DNA from: Oscillospiraceae bacterium
GTDB lineage: Bacteria; Bacillota; Clostridia; Oscillospirales; Oscillospiraceae
DNA: 64,000 bases
NCBI GenBank assembly: GCA_051867635.1
Contig: JBJDYT010000006.1
Span: 25,293-89,292 of the forward strand
Direction: 5' to 3'
In this document: positions 17,806 through 28,663 of the stretch, piece after piece
Numbering within the stretch: position 1 is the first letter of the stretch
Layout of the letters: every line of letters starts with the position of its first letter
The notes under the pieces: generated by a model
Told to the model about the DNA's origin: nothing
Databases searched by the model: none
Seen by the model: the letters and a program-made list of their open reading frames with translations, nothing else
Made by a program: the position numbers and the translations under genes

Positions 17806-20007
17806 TCACTCTCCGTTCTTAAGCCGCCATTTCAGCCCGCTGTAGCGCCGCTGCTGGCGGTCGTTCTCCGTCATGCGGCGCACCGCCGCATCGTCTCCCA
17901 CCAGGACCAGCAGCTCCCGCGCCCGGGTGATGGCGGTGTACAGCACGCCCCGCACCATCAGCGACGGGGCGGCGTTCAGCGCGGCGAACACCACCGCCCT
18001 ATACTCGCTGCCCTGGGATTTATGTACCGTCATGGCGTAGGCCAGCTCCAGATCCTTCAGCATCTCCGTGTCGTAGACCACGCTCCGGTCGTCGAAGGCC
18101 ACCACCAGGAATTCGCCGCCCTCGTCCACCTCCGTGATCTGGCCCACGTCGCCGTTGAACACTCCCGTGCCGGCGCTGCCGTCGGCCTTCTGCCAGAGGG
18201 CGTCGTAGTTGTTCCGGTTCTGCATCACCCGGTCCCCCAGGCGGAAGACCCAGCGGCCGAAGGCCACCTCGCCCTTTCCCTTTTCCGGCGGGTTCAGCGC
18301 GGCCTGCAGGCGGCGGTTCAGCTCCTCCGTCCCGGCGGGGCCCTTTCGCGTGGGACTCAGCACCTGGATCTCTCCCGGTGCGATACCCATGTTCTTCGGC
18401 AGGCGGGTCTGGCAGAGCTCCACGATGGTGTCCGCCGCCCGCCCCGGGTCCCGGCGGGTCAGGAAGAAGAACTCCCCCTGCCTGTTGCCGAGGTCGGGAC
18501 AGACGCCCGCGTTCACCTCATGGGCGCTGCGGATGATGGCGGACTGCTCCGCCTGGCGGAACACCTCCCGCAGGGCGATGACCGGGACCCTGCCGCAGCG
18601 GATCAGGTCCGCGAACACGTTCCCCGGGCCCACGGCGGGGAGCTGGTCCGGGTCCCCCACCATGACGAGCCGGGTCCCCGGCTTCAGCGCCGCCAGCAAA
18701 GCGCGCATCAGCGGCAGGTCCACCATGGACATCTCGTCCACAATGACCGCGTCCGCCTCCAGCGGCTCCTTCTCCCCCTTTAAAAACGCGGTGGTGCCGG
18801 TCTGCTCGTTCCAGCTCATGCCGAGGCAGCGGTGGATGGTCTGGGCCTCCCGGCCGCAGACCTCGCCCATGCGCTTGGCCGCCCGGCCCGTGGGGGCCAG
18901 CAGCAGCGTCTCAAGGCCCATGCGGTCAAAGACCGCGAGAATGCCCCGCACCGCCGTGGTCTTGCCCGTGCCGGGGCCGCCGGTGAGCAGGAGCATCCCC
19001 TCCTTCGCCGCCAGCTCCACCGCCTCGCGCTGGGCGGGGGCGTAGACCACGCCCTGCTCCGCCTCCACCTGGGAGAGGATGCGCGTGACGTTCTTCCCCT
19101 CGTCCGCCGCGGCGCTGAGCAGCAGCCGCAGCTTCTCCGCCACGAAGCTCTCCGCCTCGAACAGGCGGTAGAGGTAGCAGGCTTCTACATTCGCCACCCG
19201 GCGCTGGATGACGCTGTGCCGGTCGATGAGCGTATCCAGGGCCAGCTCCGTCCGCTCCATATCCAGATCAATGAGCTGGGCCGCGGCGGCGATGAGCTTC
19301 TCCCGGGGGAGGAACACGTGGCCGTTGTTCAGATTGTGGCTCAGCTCAAACAGCACCGCCGCCTGCACCCGGGCCTCGCAGTCCCCGGCGAAGCCCAGGG
19401 ACAGGGCGATGGCGTCCGAGCGGGCGAAGGCCACGCCGCAGTCCTCCGTGGAGAGCAGGTAGGGGTTGTCCTGCACCCGCTCCAGCGCCGAAGCGCCGAA
19501 GCGGCGGTACAGCTGCATGCTGAGCGTCACGGGCAGCTCGTACCGGCCGAGGAATTCCATCAGCTGCCGCACGCCCATGCGCTCGCGGAAGCTCTCCGCG
19601 ATCTCCTGGGCGCGCTTGGCGGTGACGCCCTTGATGCAGGTGAGCCGCTCCGGCTCCTCCGCGAGAACGGTGAAGGTCTCCGCGCCGAAGCGGCGGACGA
19701 TCTTCTCCGCCGTGGCGGGGCCCACGCCCTTCACCGCGCCGGAGGCGAGGTAGCGCTCGATCTCCTCTTCCTCCTCCGGCAGCAGGCACTCCGTCTCCTC
19801 CGCGTGGAACTGCGTCCCGTGCTGGGGATGCTCCTCCCAGACGCCATAGGCGCTCAGCCGCTCCCCCGGCGCCGCGCCGGGGACGCAGCCCACCAGGGTC
19901 AGCAGCTCCCCCGTCTCCTCCGCCAGGCGCAGCACGGCATAGCCGTTTTCCTCGTTCTGGAAAACGACCTGCAGCACCGTTCCTTCCACTCTGCCGCGCT
20001 CCGCCAT
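17806..20007 (-). CDS. recD2: SF1B ATP-dependent RecD-like DNA helicase (RecD2)
   Basis: 733 aa with an N-terminal OB/HhH region, Walker A LLLTGGPGTGKTT, VIVDEMSMVD, and a C-terminal AYAMTVHKSQGSEY. Confidence 0.93.
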   Translation of the reverse strand: MAERGRVEGTVLQVVFQNEENGYAVLRLAEETGELLTLVGCVPGAAPGERLSAYGVWEEHPQHGTQFHAEETECLLPEEEEEIERYLASGAVKGVGPATAEKIVRRFGAETFTVLAEEPERLTCIKGVTAKRAQEIAESFRERMGVRQLMEFLGRYELPVTLSMQLYRRFGASALERVQDNPYLLSTEDCGVAFARSDAIALSLGFAGDCEARVQAAVLFELSHNLNNGHVFLPREKLIAAAAQLIDLDMERTELALDTLIDRHSVIQRRVANVEACYLYRLFEAESFVAEKLRLLLSAAADEGKNVTRILSQVEAEQGVVYAPAQREAVELAAKEGMLLLTGGPGTGKTTAVRGILAVFDRMGLETLLLAPTGRAAKRMGEVCGREAQTIHRCLGMSWNEQTGTTAFLKGEKEPLEADAVIVDEMSMVDLPLMRALLAALKPGTRLVMVGDPDQLPAVGPGNVFADLIRCGRVPVIALREVFRQAEQSAIIRSAHEVNAGVCPDLGNRQGEFFFLTRRDPGRAADTIVELCQTRLPKNMGIAPGEIQVLSPTRKGPAGTEELNRRLQAALNPPEKGKGEVAFGRWVFRLGDRVMQNRNNYDALWQKADGSAGTGVFNGDVGQITEVDEGGEFLVVAFDDRSVVYDTEMLKDLELAYAMTVHKSQGSEYRAVVFAALNAAPSLMVRGVLYTAITRARELLVLVGDDAAVRRMTENDRQQRRYSGLKWRLKNGE

Positions 20008-20019
20008 GCGTCTCTCCTT

Positions 20020-20370
20020 CTATCTGCCGCTTCGCAGCGTCTCCGTCAGTTCCTCCTCGCTGCAGAGGAGCAGCAGCGGGTCCTCCCGCTGCAGGATCCG
20101 TGCCATGCGGCGCTGCTCCTCCTCCATGCCGCAGTCCAGCAGCACCGTCCTTGCCGCGCCGCCGTACTGCCGGCGCATCTGCTGCAGCTCCCCCGCCGCC
20201 TGCTCCATGGCCCGGGTACGGCCGCTCACCGGCAGCACCAGGTACACCGTTTCGCAAAGCTCCCGCCGGGGCGCGAACACCGCCTTCAGCACCAGCCACA
20301 GCACCGCCGTGAGTCCCACGGCCGCCAGCAGCGCGATGACCATATCCTGCAGCAACTCCATCTTCATCAC
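20020..20370 (-). CDS. Hypothetical membrane-anchored protein
   Basis: 116 aa with a single N-terminal TM (VIALLAAVGLTAVLWLVL) and a small soluble domain. It is tightly packed between the export-protein gene and recD2. I recognise no family. Confidence 0.55.
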   Translation of the reverse strand: MMKMELLQDMVIALLAAVGLTAVLWLVLKAVFAPRRELCETVYLVLPVSGRTRAMEQAAGELQQMRRQYGGAARTVLLDCGMEEEQRRMARILQREDPLLLLCSEEELTETLRSGR

Positions 20371-20404
20371 CTCACGACAGTGTATGCCGCGAAGCGCCGC
20401 CGTG

Positions 20405-20899
20405 TCAGGCGAAAATATGCACCACGCCGGAGGTCAGCAGCGTCACGATGCCGCCGGCGATGAGCACGCCGGCAAAGATCACCGGCACGGCCTTTTTCAG
20501 CCGCATATCCAGCAGCGCCGCGATGAGCGCGCCGGTCCAGGCCCCCGTGCCGGGCAGGGGGACGGCCACCAGCAGCAGCAAGCCCCAGGTCTGGTAGCGC
20601 AGCACCTTCCCGCCCTTTTTCCAGGCCTTTTTCTCCAGTTTGTCCACCCAGCCGCCCAGGCGCGGGATGTGCCGCCGGATCCAGCGGAACACCCGCCGCA
20701 CGAACAGGATGATCAGCGGCACCGGCAGCATGTTGCCGATGAGCGCGGCGAGAAAGGCCGCCGGCACCGGCAGGCCCAGCGCCACGCCGAAGGGAAGCCC
20801 CCCGCGCAGCTCCAGCACCGGGGCCATGGACACCAGCATGGTCAGCAGGAACTCGCCCGCCGCGCTGCTGTGCAGCCACAACGACAGGGATTCAATCAT
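20405..20899 (-). CDS. Small multidrug export protein family (PF06695-like)
   Basis: 164 aa with [17 protein letters not shown] and [12 protein letters not shown] motifs. It overlaps the uvrA stop by 8 nt. Confidence 0.75.
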   Translation of the reverse strand: MIESLSLWLHSSAAGEFLLTMLVSMAPVLELRGGLPFGVALGLPVPAAFLAALIGNMLPVPLIILFVRRVFRWIRRHIPRLGGWVDKLEKKAWKKGGKVLRYQTWGLLLLVAVPLPGTGAWTGALIAALLDMRLKKAVPVIFAGVLIAGGIVTLLTSGVVHIFA

Positions 20900-23726
20900 A
20901 GGACAGTATCCTCTTGAGGTATTGGCCGGTATAGGAGCGCTCGCACCGCGCCACCTCCTCCGGCGTGCCGCAGGCCACCAGCTCTCCGCCCCTGTCGCCC
21001 CCCTCGGGGCCCAGGTCGATGAGGTAGTCCGCGGATTTCACCACGTCCAGGTTGTGCTCGATGACGAGGACGGTGTTGCCCCCGTCCACCAGCCGCTGCA
21101 GCACCTCCAAGAGCCGCTTGACGTCGTCGGTGTGCAGGCCCGTGGTGGGCTCGTCCAGCACATACAGGGTCTGGCCTGTGGCCCGCCGGGACAGCTCGGT
21201 GGCCAGCTTCACCCGCTGGGCCTCGCCGCCGGAGAGGGTGGTGGAGGACTGGCCCAGCTTCACATAGCCCAGCCCCACGTCGCAGAGGGTCTCCACCCGC
21301 CGGGCGATGTGTGGCACCGGGGCGAAAAAGGTCCGGGCCTCCTCCGCCGTCATATCCAGCACCTCCGCGATGTTCTTGCCCTTGTAGCGCACCTCCAGCG
21401 TCTCGCGGTTGTACCGTGTGCCGTGGCACACCTCACAGGGGACGTAGAGGTCCGGCAGGAAGTGCATCTCGATTTTGATCAGGCCGTCGCCGCCGCAGGC
21501 CTCGCACCGTCCGCCCCGGACGTTGAAGCTGAAGCGGCCCGGGCCGTAGCCCCGGCTCTTGGCCTCCTGGGTCTGGGCGAACAGGGTTCGGATGTCGTCA
21601 AACACGCCGGTGTAGGTGGCGGGATTGGACCGGGGCGTCCGGCCGATGGGGCTCTGGTCGATGCAGATGACCTTGTCCAGCTGCCGGACCCCCTCGGCCC
21701 GGTCGAATTTACCGCAGCGGAGCCGCGCCCGGTTCAGCTCCGCGGCCAGCTTCTGGTAGATGATCTCGTTGACCAGGGAGCTCTTGCCGGAGCCGGACAC
21801 GCCGGTGACCACCGTGAAGGTTCCCAGGGGGATGGACACGTCGATGTGCCGGAGGTTGTTCTCCGCGCAGCCGTAGAACTTCAGGAACCGGCCGTCTCCC
21901 GGCCGCCGTGTTTTCGGTACCGGGATCCGCTTCTTGCCGGACAGGTACTGGCCCGTAATGGACCGGGGCTCCGCCATGATGTCCTCCAGGCTGCCCTGGG
22001 CCACCACCTCGCCCCCGTGGATGCCGGCCCCGGGGCCGATGTCCACGATGTAGTCCGCCGCCCGCATGGTGTCCTCGTCGTGCTCCACCACGATCAGGGT
22101 GTTGCCCAGGTCCCGCAGGTGCTTTAAGGTGCCCAGCAGCTTGTCGTTGTCCCGCTGGTGCAGGCCGATGGAGGGCTCGTCCAGAATATACAGCACGCCC
22201 ATGAGGCTGCTGCCGATCTGGGTGGCGAGACGGATGCGCTGGCTCTCGCCGCCGGAGAGGGTGGCCGCCGCCCGGCTGAGGGTCAGGTATTCCAGGCCCA
22301 CGTTCTGCAAAAAGCCCAGGCGCTGGCGCACCTCCTTCAAAATAGGGGCGGCGATGAGGCTCTCCGTGGGGCCAAAGCTCAGCTCCTCCGTAAAGTGCAG
22401 AGCCTCCGTCACGGACTTGCGGGTGTAGGCGTCGATATCGAGGCCCCCCACGGTGACGGCCAGGGCGGAGCGGTTCAGCCGCTTGCCCCTGCACTCCGGG
22501 CAGGGACACTCCGCCATAGTCTCCTCCAGCTCCTTTTTCACGCTGTCGCTCTGGGTCTCCTGATAGCGGCGCTGGAGATTGTTGCAGATGCCCTCGAAGG
22601 GCTGGTACAGCACGCCCCTGCCCCGGGGCTGGTCGTATTCCAGCTCCAGCTTCTCGCCCCCGGTGCCGTAGAGGATGATGTCCCGGATCTCCTCCGGCAG
22701 CTCCTGAAAGGGCGTGCGGAGGCTGAAATGATACTTCTTCGCCAGAGCCTCGAAATACATGCGGGAGATCCCGTCGCTGCGGATATTGTTCCAGCCGCTG
22801 GCGGTGATGGCCCCCTCCAGGATGCTCAGCCGCTTGTCCGGCACGATCAGGTCCGGGTCCATCTTCAGTTGGTAGCCCAGTCCCGCGCAGACGGGGCAGG
22901 CGCCGTAGGGGTTGTTGAAGGAAAACAGCCGCGGCGTCAGCTCCTCGATGGAGACGCCGCAGTCCGCGCAGGCGTAGTTCTGGCTGAACAGCAGGTCCTT
23001 CTCCTCCGCGACCAGGTTCACCAGCACCGTGCCCCCGGAGAGGGCGGCGGCGGTCTCCACGCTGTCCGTCAGGCGGCGGGACAGGTCCGGCCGGATCACC
23101 AGCCGGTCCACCACGATCTCGATGCTGTGCTTTTTGTTCTTTTCCAGCTTGATCTCGTCCTCCCCCAGATCGTAGAGGAGGCCGTCCGCCCGGACGCGGA
23201 CATAGCCGCTGCGCCGGGCGTCCTCGAACACCTTCACGTGCTCGCCCTTCTTGCCCCTGATGACCGGGGCCAGCACCTGCACCCGCGTCCCCTCCGGCAG
23301 GGCCAGCACCTGGTCCACGATCTGGTCCACGGTCTGCTGGCGGATCTCCTTGCCGCACTTGGGACAGTGGGGCGTGCCCACCCGGGCCCAGAGCAGGCGG
23401 AGATAGTCGTAAATTTCCGTCACCGTGCCCACGGTGGAGCGGGGGTTCTTGCTGGTGGTCTTCTGGTCGATGGAGATGGCGGGGGACAGGCCCTCGATGA
23501 CGTCCACGTCCGGCTTGTCCATCTGGCCCAGGAACATCCGGGCATAGGAGCTGAGGCTCTCCACATAGCGCCGCTGGCCCTCGGCATAGATGGTGTCGAA
23601 GGCCAGGCTGGACTTGCCGCTGCCGCTGATCCCCGTGACCACGGTGAGACTGTTCCGGGGGATCTCCACGTCGATATTCTTCAGGTTGTTTTCCCTGGCG
23701 CCTTTGATGATGATCTTATCCTGCAT
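20892..23726 (-). CDS. uvrA: Excinuclease ABC subunit A
   Basis: 944 aa with two ABC modules ([12 protein letters not shown] and [11 protein letters not shown]) and zinc-finger CxxC pairs. Confidence 0.98.
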   Translation of the reverse strand: MQDKIIIKGARENNLKNIDVEIPRNSLTVVTGISGSGKSSLAFDTIYAEGQRRYVESLSSYARMFLGQMDKPDVDVIEGLSPAISIDQKTTSKNPRSTVGTVTEIYDYLRLLWARVGTPHCPKCGKEIRQQTVDQIVDQVLALPEGTRVQVLAPVIRGKKGEHVKVFEDARRSGYVRVRADGLLYDLGEDEIKLEKNKKHSIEIVVDRLVIRPDLSRRLTDSVETAAALSGGTVLVNLVAEEKDLLFSQNYACADCGVSIEELTPRLFSFNNPYGACPVCAGLGYQLKMDPDLIVPDKRLSILEGAITASGWNNIRSDGISRMYFEALAKKYHFSLRTPFQELPEEIRDIILYGTGGEKLELEYDQPRGRGVLYQPFEGICNNLQRRYQETQSDSVKKELEETMAECPCPECRGKRLNRSALAVTVGGLDIDAYTRKSVTEALHFTEELSFGPTESLIAAPILKEVRQRLGFLQNVGLEYLTLSRAAATLSGGESQRIRLATQIGSSLMGVLYILDEPSIGLHQRDNDKLLGTLKHLRDLGNTLIVVEHDEDTMRAADYIVDIGPGAGIHGGEVVAQGSLEDIMAEPRSITGQYLSGKKRIPVPKTRRPGDGRFLKFYGCAENNLRHIDVSIPLGTFTVVTGVSGSGKSSLVNEIIYQKLAAELNRARLRCGKFDRAEGVRQLDKVICIDQSPIGRTPRSNPATYTGVFDDIRTLFAQTQEAKSRGYGPGRFSFNVRGGRCEACGGDGLIKIEMHFLPDLYVPCEVCHGTRYNRETLEVRYKGKNIAEVLDMTAEEARTFFAPVPHIARRVETLCDVGLGYVKLGQSSTTLSGGEAQRVKLATELSRRATGQTLYVLDEPTTGLHTDDVKRLLEVLQRLVDGGNTVLVIEHNLDVVKSADYLIDLGPEGGDRGGELVACGTPEEVARCERSYTGQYLKRILSYD

Positions 23727-23739
23727 GCTTCTCCTTTTG

Positions 23740-24177
23740 TTATACCTGCTGCTCTTCGTCGTCTCTTCTGCCCCGGCGGCGGCGTGCGCGCAGCGCCTCC
23801 CGGCGGCCGCTCTCCTCCCGGATGCGCTGCTTTTGCAGCTCGTCCTCGATCTCCAGATCCCGGCAGCCTGCCCGCCGCTCCAGGTGGTGGGTCAGCTCAT
23901 GGTGCAGGGTCTGGCGCAGCTGCTTCTCCCACACCCGCCGGGGGGAGTGGGCGAACCGGGCCGCGAAGGAACCGTAGTAAATGTTGACATAGCACCCCAT
24001 GGCGCCGCCGGCGAAATACTCCCCCAGCAGCACCATCGTCTCGCCGTCCGGCCCCCGGGGGCGCATCTCCTCCTCCCGGAGGCAGACGCCGCCGTTGAGC
24101 CCCTCCAGGATCTGGGGCGGCAGCTCCGCCATCAGCCCCTCCAGGATCTCGCCGACCTCGTCGATGCTCAGGATCAT
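23740..24177 (-). CDS. Zincin-like metallopeptidase family protein (PF06262-like)
   Basis: 145 aa with the HExxH motif [10 protein letters not shown] and a basic/acidic C-terminal tail. Confidence 0.75.
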   Translation of the reverse strand: MILSIDEVGEILEGLMAELPPQILEGLNGGVCLREEEMRPRGPDGETMVLLGEYFAGGAMGCYVNIYYGSFAARFAHSPRRVWEKQLRQTLHHELTHHLERRAGCRDLEIEDELQKQRIREESGRREALRARRRRGRRDDEEQQV

Positions 24178-24181
24178 ATGC

Positions 24182-24667
24182 TCAGCCCTCCGTCACCACG
24201 TCCGCCGTCGAGGCTCCCACCAGGGCCATCAGCGCCCCCGGCTCCACCTCCACCTGCGCGCCGATGCGCCCGGCGCTCACCACGATGGTGTCCCAGAGCA
24301 GGGCCGTCTCGTCGAACACGGTGGGGAAGGGCTTTTTCATGCCCACCGGGCTGCAGCCGCCGTGGATATAGCCCGTCAGGGGCAGCAGCTCCTTCGCCGG
24401 CAGCATGGCGATGGACTTCTCCCCCACCGCCTTCGCCGCCTTTTTCAAATCCAGCGTGGCTTCCGCCGGGATGTCGAACACATAATAGCCCCCGCCGGCG
24501 CCCCGGGTCACCAGGGTCTTGAACACCTGGCCGGGGTCCTTGCCGATGAGCGCCGCCACGGCGACGCCGTTCATCGCGCCCTCCTCGGCATAGCGGTGGG
24601 CGGTATAGGGGACCTTCTTCTGCTCCAGCGTCCGCATGACGTTGGTCTTTTCCTCTTTCTTCGCCAT
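24182..24667 (-). CDS. ybaK: Cys-tRNA(Pro)/Cys-tRNA(Cys) deacylase YbaK
   Basis: 161 aa with TNVMRTLEQKKVPY, VFKTLV and GYIHGGCSPVGMKK. Confidence 0.9.
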   Translation of the reverse strand: MAKKEEKTNVMRTLEQKKVPYTAHRYAEEGAMNGVAVAALIGKDPGQVFKTLVTRGAGGGYYVFDIPAEATLDLKKAAKAVGEKSIAMLPAKELLPLTGYIHGGCSPVGMKKPFPTVFDETALLWDTIVVSAGRIGAQVEVEPGALMALVGASTADVVTEG

Positions 24668-24680
24668 AGGGCCCTCCCCC

Positions 24681-25550
24681 CTATTTCAGGATGATCACCG
24701 CCGCCAGCACGCAGGCGATGCCCAGGGCCACGGTCAGGGTGATAGGCTCGCCGAGAAACACCGCGCCGGCGATAGCCGCCACCACCGGCTCCACGCTCAC
24801 CATGATGGAGGCCTTGCCGGGGTCCACCCTGGACAGGCCCTTGGTATAGAGGAGGTAGGGAATGACGGTGGAGACAAAGGCGAAGGCGATGCCGCTGGCC
24901 AGCATGGGCGGGTCTGTGATGATACCGTGCATCTCCTCCACGTTCAAAAGCGTCAGCGACGCCAGTCCCGCGAACACGAAGGTATAGTAGGTGCAGGTCA
25001 TGGGAGGATAGTGCTGCAGGGCGAAGGGGCTGACCACGCTGTAGCTGGCATAGGTCACGGCGCTGCCCACGCCCAGGGCAAAGCCCAGGGCCGTGGTGGC
25101 GAAGTCCCCCGCGAACACGCCGGAGATGCAGGCGCAGCCGAACACCGTCATCAGCAGGGCCAGCAGGCGCTTTTTCGTGATGGGCGTTTTCCAGACGAAG
25201 CGGGAGAGGACGATGACAAAGCCCGGGGCGGTGTAGAGCAGGACGCTGGCCACCGCCATGGAGTGGTACTTCAGCCCCGTGAAATAGCAGATGCCGAAGA
25301 GGTATACGCTGACGATGCCCGTGAAGGCGAAGATGGGCAGGTGCTTGAGCTGCACCTTGAACACGTCCCGCTCAAAGAGCAGGAACAGCACCGTCAGTGC
25401 CACCAGGGCGCCGAAGTTGCGGATGAACACCACCGTGAAGGAGGAGTAGCCCCCCGCCAGGATGATCTTGCTGAACAGGCCCATGAAGCCCCAGGAGGTG
25501 CCGGCCCCCAGGATGCACAGGTACGGCGTATACTGTTTCACTTTTTCCAT
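24681..25550 (-). CDS. EamA/DMT family transporter
   Basis: 289 aa with 10 predicted TM segments in a 5+5 arrangement. The composition is typical of EamA repeats. Confidence 0.8.
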   Translation of the reverse strand: MEKVKQYTPYLCILGAGTSWGFMGLFSKIILAGGYSSFTVVFIRNFGALVALTVLFLLFERDVFKVQLKHLPIFAFTGIVSVYLFGICYFTGLKYHSMAVASVLLYTAPGFVIVLSRFVWKTPITKKRLLALLMTVFGCACISGVFAGDFATTALGFALGVGSAVTYASYSVVSPFALQHYPPMTCTYYTFVFAGLASLTLLNVEEMHGIITDPPMLASGIAFAFVSTVIPYLLYTKGLSRVDPGKASIMVSVEPVVAAIAGAVFLGEPITLTVALGIACVLAAVIILK

Positions 25551-25622
25551 GTCAAATCACTCTCTCTATATTCTTCGGTGTCTTCCGGCCCCGCCGGGAA
25601 CATCCCACTTGCTGTGGGCGGC

Positions 25623-25701
25623 TCATTTCTTCTGCTCGCGCAGCTCTATGATCTGGTCACGCAGCTGCGCCGCCAGCTCGAATTCCAGCAGCCGCGCCGC
25701 C
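25623..25701 (-). pseudogene. Relic copy of the last 26 codons of uvrB
   Basis: The minus-strand translation ...[25 protein letters not shown] equals the true UvrB C-terminus except for one K/R change. There is no start codon, and an in-frame stop lies 38 codons upstream. Confidence 0.85.
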
Positions 25702-25829
25702 GTCCCACGCGGCAGGCCGCGCGGGAGCCCTGCTTCATTTCACTTCCTCGGGCGGAATAAATCCGCCCATCGGCAAGGTTTTGCCTGCCGGCAAAACGCT
25801 TGGACGCCGCCTGCGCGGCGGGGAAAGAG

Positions 25830-25910
25830 GCTCACTTTTTCTGCTCACGCAGCTCTATGATCTGGTCGCGCAGCTGGGCCGCCAGCTCGAATTCCAGCAG
25901 CTTCGCCGCC
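25830..25910 (-). repeat. Direct-repeat partner (functional uvrB 3' end) of the relic at 25621-25701
   Basis: By hand alignment, 74 of 81 nt are identical and the copies are 209 nt apart. Similarity stops abruptly at both ends. Confidence 0.9.
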
Positions 25911-27802
25911 TCTTTCATCTGCTTCTCCAGCCGCTGGATGGTCTCCTCCCGCTCGGCGTCGCTGAGCTTGCGCTTACCCGTGCGGCGCTGGGCCTCCTCG
26001 GCGCTCCGGGAGATCTCCAGGATCTCCCGCACATCCTTGCGGATGGTCTTGGGCACGATGCCGTGGGCCCTGTTGTACGCATCCTGCAGGCCGCGGCGGC
26101 GCTCCGTCTCCTCCATGGCCCGGCGCATGGCCTCCGTCACCCGGTCGGCATAGAGGATGACCGTGCCCTCCGCGTTTCGCGCGGCGCGGCCCATGGTCTG
26201 GATGAGGGAGGTCTCGCTGCGGAGGAAGCCCTCCTTGTCCGCGTCCAGCACCGCCACCAGCGACACCTCCGGCATGTCCAGGCCCTCCCGCAGCAGGTTG
26301 ATGCCCACCAGCACGTCGAACTCGCCCAGCCGCAGGTCCCGTATCAGCTCCATGCGCTCCAGCGTGCCCACGTCGCTGTGCATATAGCGGGTGCGCACGC
26401 CCATGGAAAGGAGGTATTCCGTCAGGTCCTCCGCCATCTTCTTCGTCAGGGTCGTCACCAGCGTGCGCTCGTTTTTCTCCGCCCGGAGACGGATCTCCGC
26501 CATCAGATCGTCGATCTGCCCCTCCACGGGCCGCACCTCCACCACCGGGTCCAGCAGGCCCGTGGGGCGGATGACCTGCTCCACAATCTGTCCCGCCCGG
26601 GTGCGCTCATACTCCCCCGGGGTGGCGGAGACGTAGATGCGCTGGTGGACGCGCTGCTCGAACTCGTCAAAGGTCAGCGGCCGGTTATCGAAGGCGCAGG
26701 GCAGGCGGAAGCCGTACCGCACCAGAGACTCCTTTCTGGCCCGGTCGCCGTTGTACATGGCCCGGACCTGGGGCAGCGTCACATGGCTCTCGTCGATGAG
26801 CAGGAGGAAATCCTCCGGAAAATAGTCGATGAGGGTCATGGGAGCGGAGCCCACGGGCCGGCCGGACAGCACCCGGGAGTAGTTCTCTATCCCGCTGCAA
26901 TGTCCCAGCTCCCGCAGCATCTCGATGTCGTAGGTGGTGCGCTGCTTCAGCCGCTGCGCCTCCACCAGCATGTCGTTTTCCTCGAAGTAGCGCAGCCGCT
27001 CCTGCAGCTCCTCCTCGATGGTGCGGATGGCCTTCTCCATCTTCTCCGGCGCGGTGACATAGTGGCTCGCGGGGTAGATGGCGATGTGGCTCATGGTGCG
27101 CAGGGTCTGCCCGGTGACGGGGTTGAACTCGCTGAGCCGGTCGATCTCGTCGCCGAAGAACTCCACCCGCACCGCCGTGTGCTGGGCGTAGGCGGGGAAG
27201 ATCTCCACCGTGTCCCCCCGGACGCGGAACTTGTCGCGCTCAAAGGCCAGGTCGTTGCGCTCATAGCGGATGCCCACGAGCCGCCGCAGCAGCTCCTCCT
27301 GGGCGTAGGTCTGTCCCTGCCGCAGGGAGATGACCATGCTCTCATAGTCCACCGGGTCGCCCAGGCCGTAGATGCAGGAGACGGAGGCCACCACAATCAC
27401 GTCCTTGCGCTCATACAAAGCGGAGGTGGCGCTGTGGCGCAGCCGGTCGATCTCCTGATTGGTGGAGGCGTCCTTCTCGATGAAGGTGTCCGTGTGGGGG
27501 ATATAGGCCTCCGGCTGGTAATAATCGTAGTAGCTGACGAAGTATTCCACGGCGTTGTCCGGGAAAAACTCCTTGAACTCCGAGCAGAGCTGGGCCGCCA
27601 GGGTCTTGTTGTGGGCCAGCACCAGCGTGGGCTTCTGCGCCCGCTCGATGACCTTGGCCATGGTATAGGTCTTGCCGCTGCCGGTGACGCCCAGCAGCAC
27701 CTGCTCGTCCAGTCCGCTCGCAAGGCCCTGGGCCAGGGCCTCGATGGCCTGGGGCTGGTCGCCCGTGGGCTCAAAGGGCGCCACCACATGGAATTCCGGC
27801 AT
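25832..27802 (-). CDS. uvrB: Excinuclease ABC subunit B
   Basis: 656 aa with [23 protein letters not shown], helicase motifs and a C-terminal UVR domain. Confidence 0.98.
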   Translation of the reverse strand: MPEFHVVAPFEPTGDQPQAIEALAQGLASGLDEQVLLGVTGSGKTYTMAKVIERAQKPTLVLAHNKTLAAQLCSEFKEFFPDNAVEYFVSYYDYYQPEAYIPHTDTFIEKDASTNQEIDRLRHSATSALYERKDVIVVASVSCIYGLGDPVDYESMVISLRQGQTYAQEELLRRLVGIRYERNDLAFERDKFRVRGDTVEIFPAYAQHTAVRVEFFGDEIDRLSEFNPVTGQTLRTMSHIAIYPASHYVTAPEKMEKAIRTIEEELQERLRYFEENDMLVEAQRLKQRTTYDIEMLRELGHCSGIENYSRVLSGRPVGSAPMTLIDYFPEDFLLLIDESHVTLPQVRAMYNGDRARKESLVRYGFRLPCAFDNRPLTFDEFEQRVHQRIYVSATPGEYERTRAGQIVEQVIRPTGLLDPVVEVRPVEGQIDDLMAEIRLRAEKNERTLVTTLTKKMAEDLTEYLLSMGVRTRYMHSDVGTLERMELIRDLRLGEFDVLVGINLLREGLDMPEVSLVAVLDADKEGFLRSETSLIQTMGRAARNAEGTVILYADRVTEAMRRAMEETERRRGLQDAYNRAHGIVPKTIRKDVREILEISRSAEEAQRRTGKRKLSDAEREETIQRLEKQMKEAAKLLEFELAAQLRDQIIELREQKK

Positions 27803-27825
27803 AGCCTCTCCTTTCTTCCCCGCTC

Positions 27826-28500
27826 TCAGCCAAGCAGGCCGTTCTGGCGGAGAGAAACAAAATCGTCGTCCGCGACGATGATATGGTCAAACAATGTCAC
27901 GCCCACCGACTGCAGCACCTGCTGGACCTGCAGCGTCACGGCGTTGTCCGCCTCCGAGGGCAGGGCCACGCCGCTGGGGTGGTTGTGGGCCAGCAGCACC
28001 GCGCTGGCGCGGCAGAGCAGGGCGTTCTCCACGATGCGGCGGATGTCCGCGTGGACGAAGTTCACATCCCCCGTCCCCAGCTTCTGCACCGCCAGGAGCT
28101 TCCCCTTCATATCCAGGCACGCCTGGTACATGACCTCCTGCCGTTCCCCGGCGAAGCGGTCCAGGAAAAAGGCCCCGGCCTTCTCCGTGGAGTTCAGGAT
28201 CGTCTCCCCGGAGGCGGCGGAAAGGCGGATGCGGCGGTAGAGCGGCAAAATCAGGCGGATGAGCGCCGCGGCGTTCTCCCCCACCCCCGGCACCCGGGTC
28301 AGCTCCTCCACCGGCGCGGAAAACACCGCGTCGAGGGAGCCGAAGCGCTCCAGCAGCGCGTGGGCCGTGGGATTGGTGTCCTGCCGGGGGACGGCGTAAA
28401 ACAGCAGCAGCTCCAGCACCTCATGCTCCGCGAAGGCGTCCAGCCCGTTTTCGAGAAACTGGCGCTTCTTCCGGCTGCGGTGTCCGTCGTGTGTGCCCAT
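27826..28500 (-). CDS. radC: RadC family (JAB/MPN domain) protein
   Basis: 224 aa with the HhH region [16 protein letters not shown] and the JAMM motif [17 protein letters not shown]. Confidence 0.9.
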   Translation of the reverse strand: MGTHDGHRSRKKRQFLENGLDAFAEHEVLELLLFYAVPRQDTNPTAHALLERFGSLDAVFSAPVEELTRVPGVGENAAALIRLILPLYRRIRLSAASGETILNSTEKAGAFFLDRFAGERQEVMYQACLDMKGKLLAVQKLGTGDVNFVHADIRRIVENALLCRASAVLLAHNHPSGVALPSEADNAVTLQVQQVLQSVGVTLFDHIIVADDDFVSLRQNGLLG

Positions 28501-28663
28501 GGCGCGTTTTCCCCTCCCCCCGCCGCATGAGCGGCATATTATTATACCACACTATATTTTAATGAACAAGCGCTGTTTTTGCCCGAAGCTTTCTCCTTCC
28601 CCGCACCGCCCGGGGCTTTGCCGCATAGCATGGAGGGAACGCCATGCTTCAGGAGGAACGCAT

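Noticed and set aside
25623-25739. The relic uvrB fragment, considered as a live small gene encoding a free UVR-domain peptide.
   Set aside because: There is no ATG, GTG or TTG in frame between the upstream stop (25737-25739) and the conserved part, and there is no RBS.
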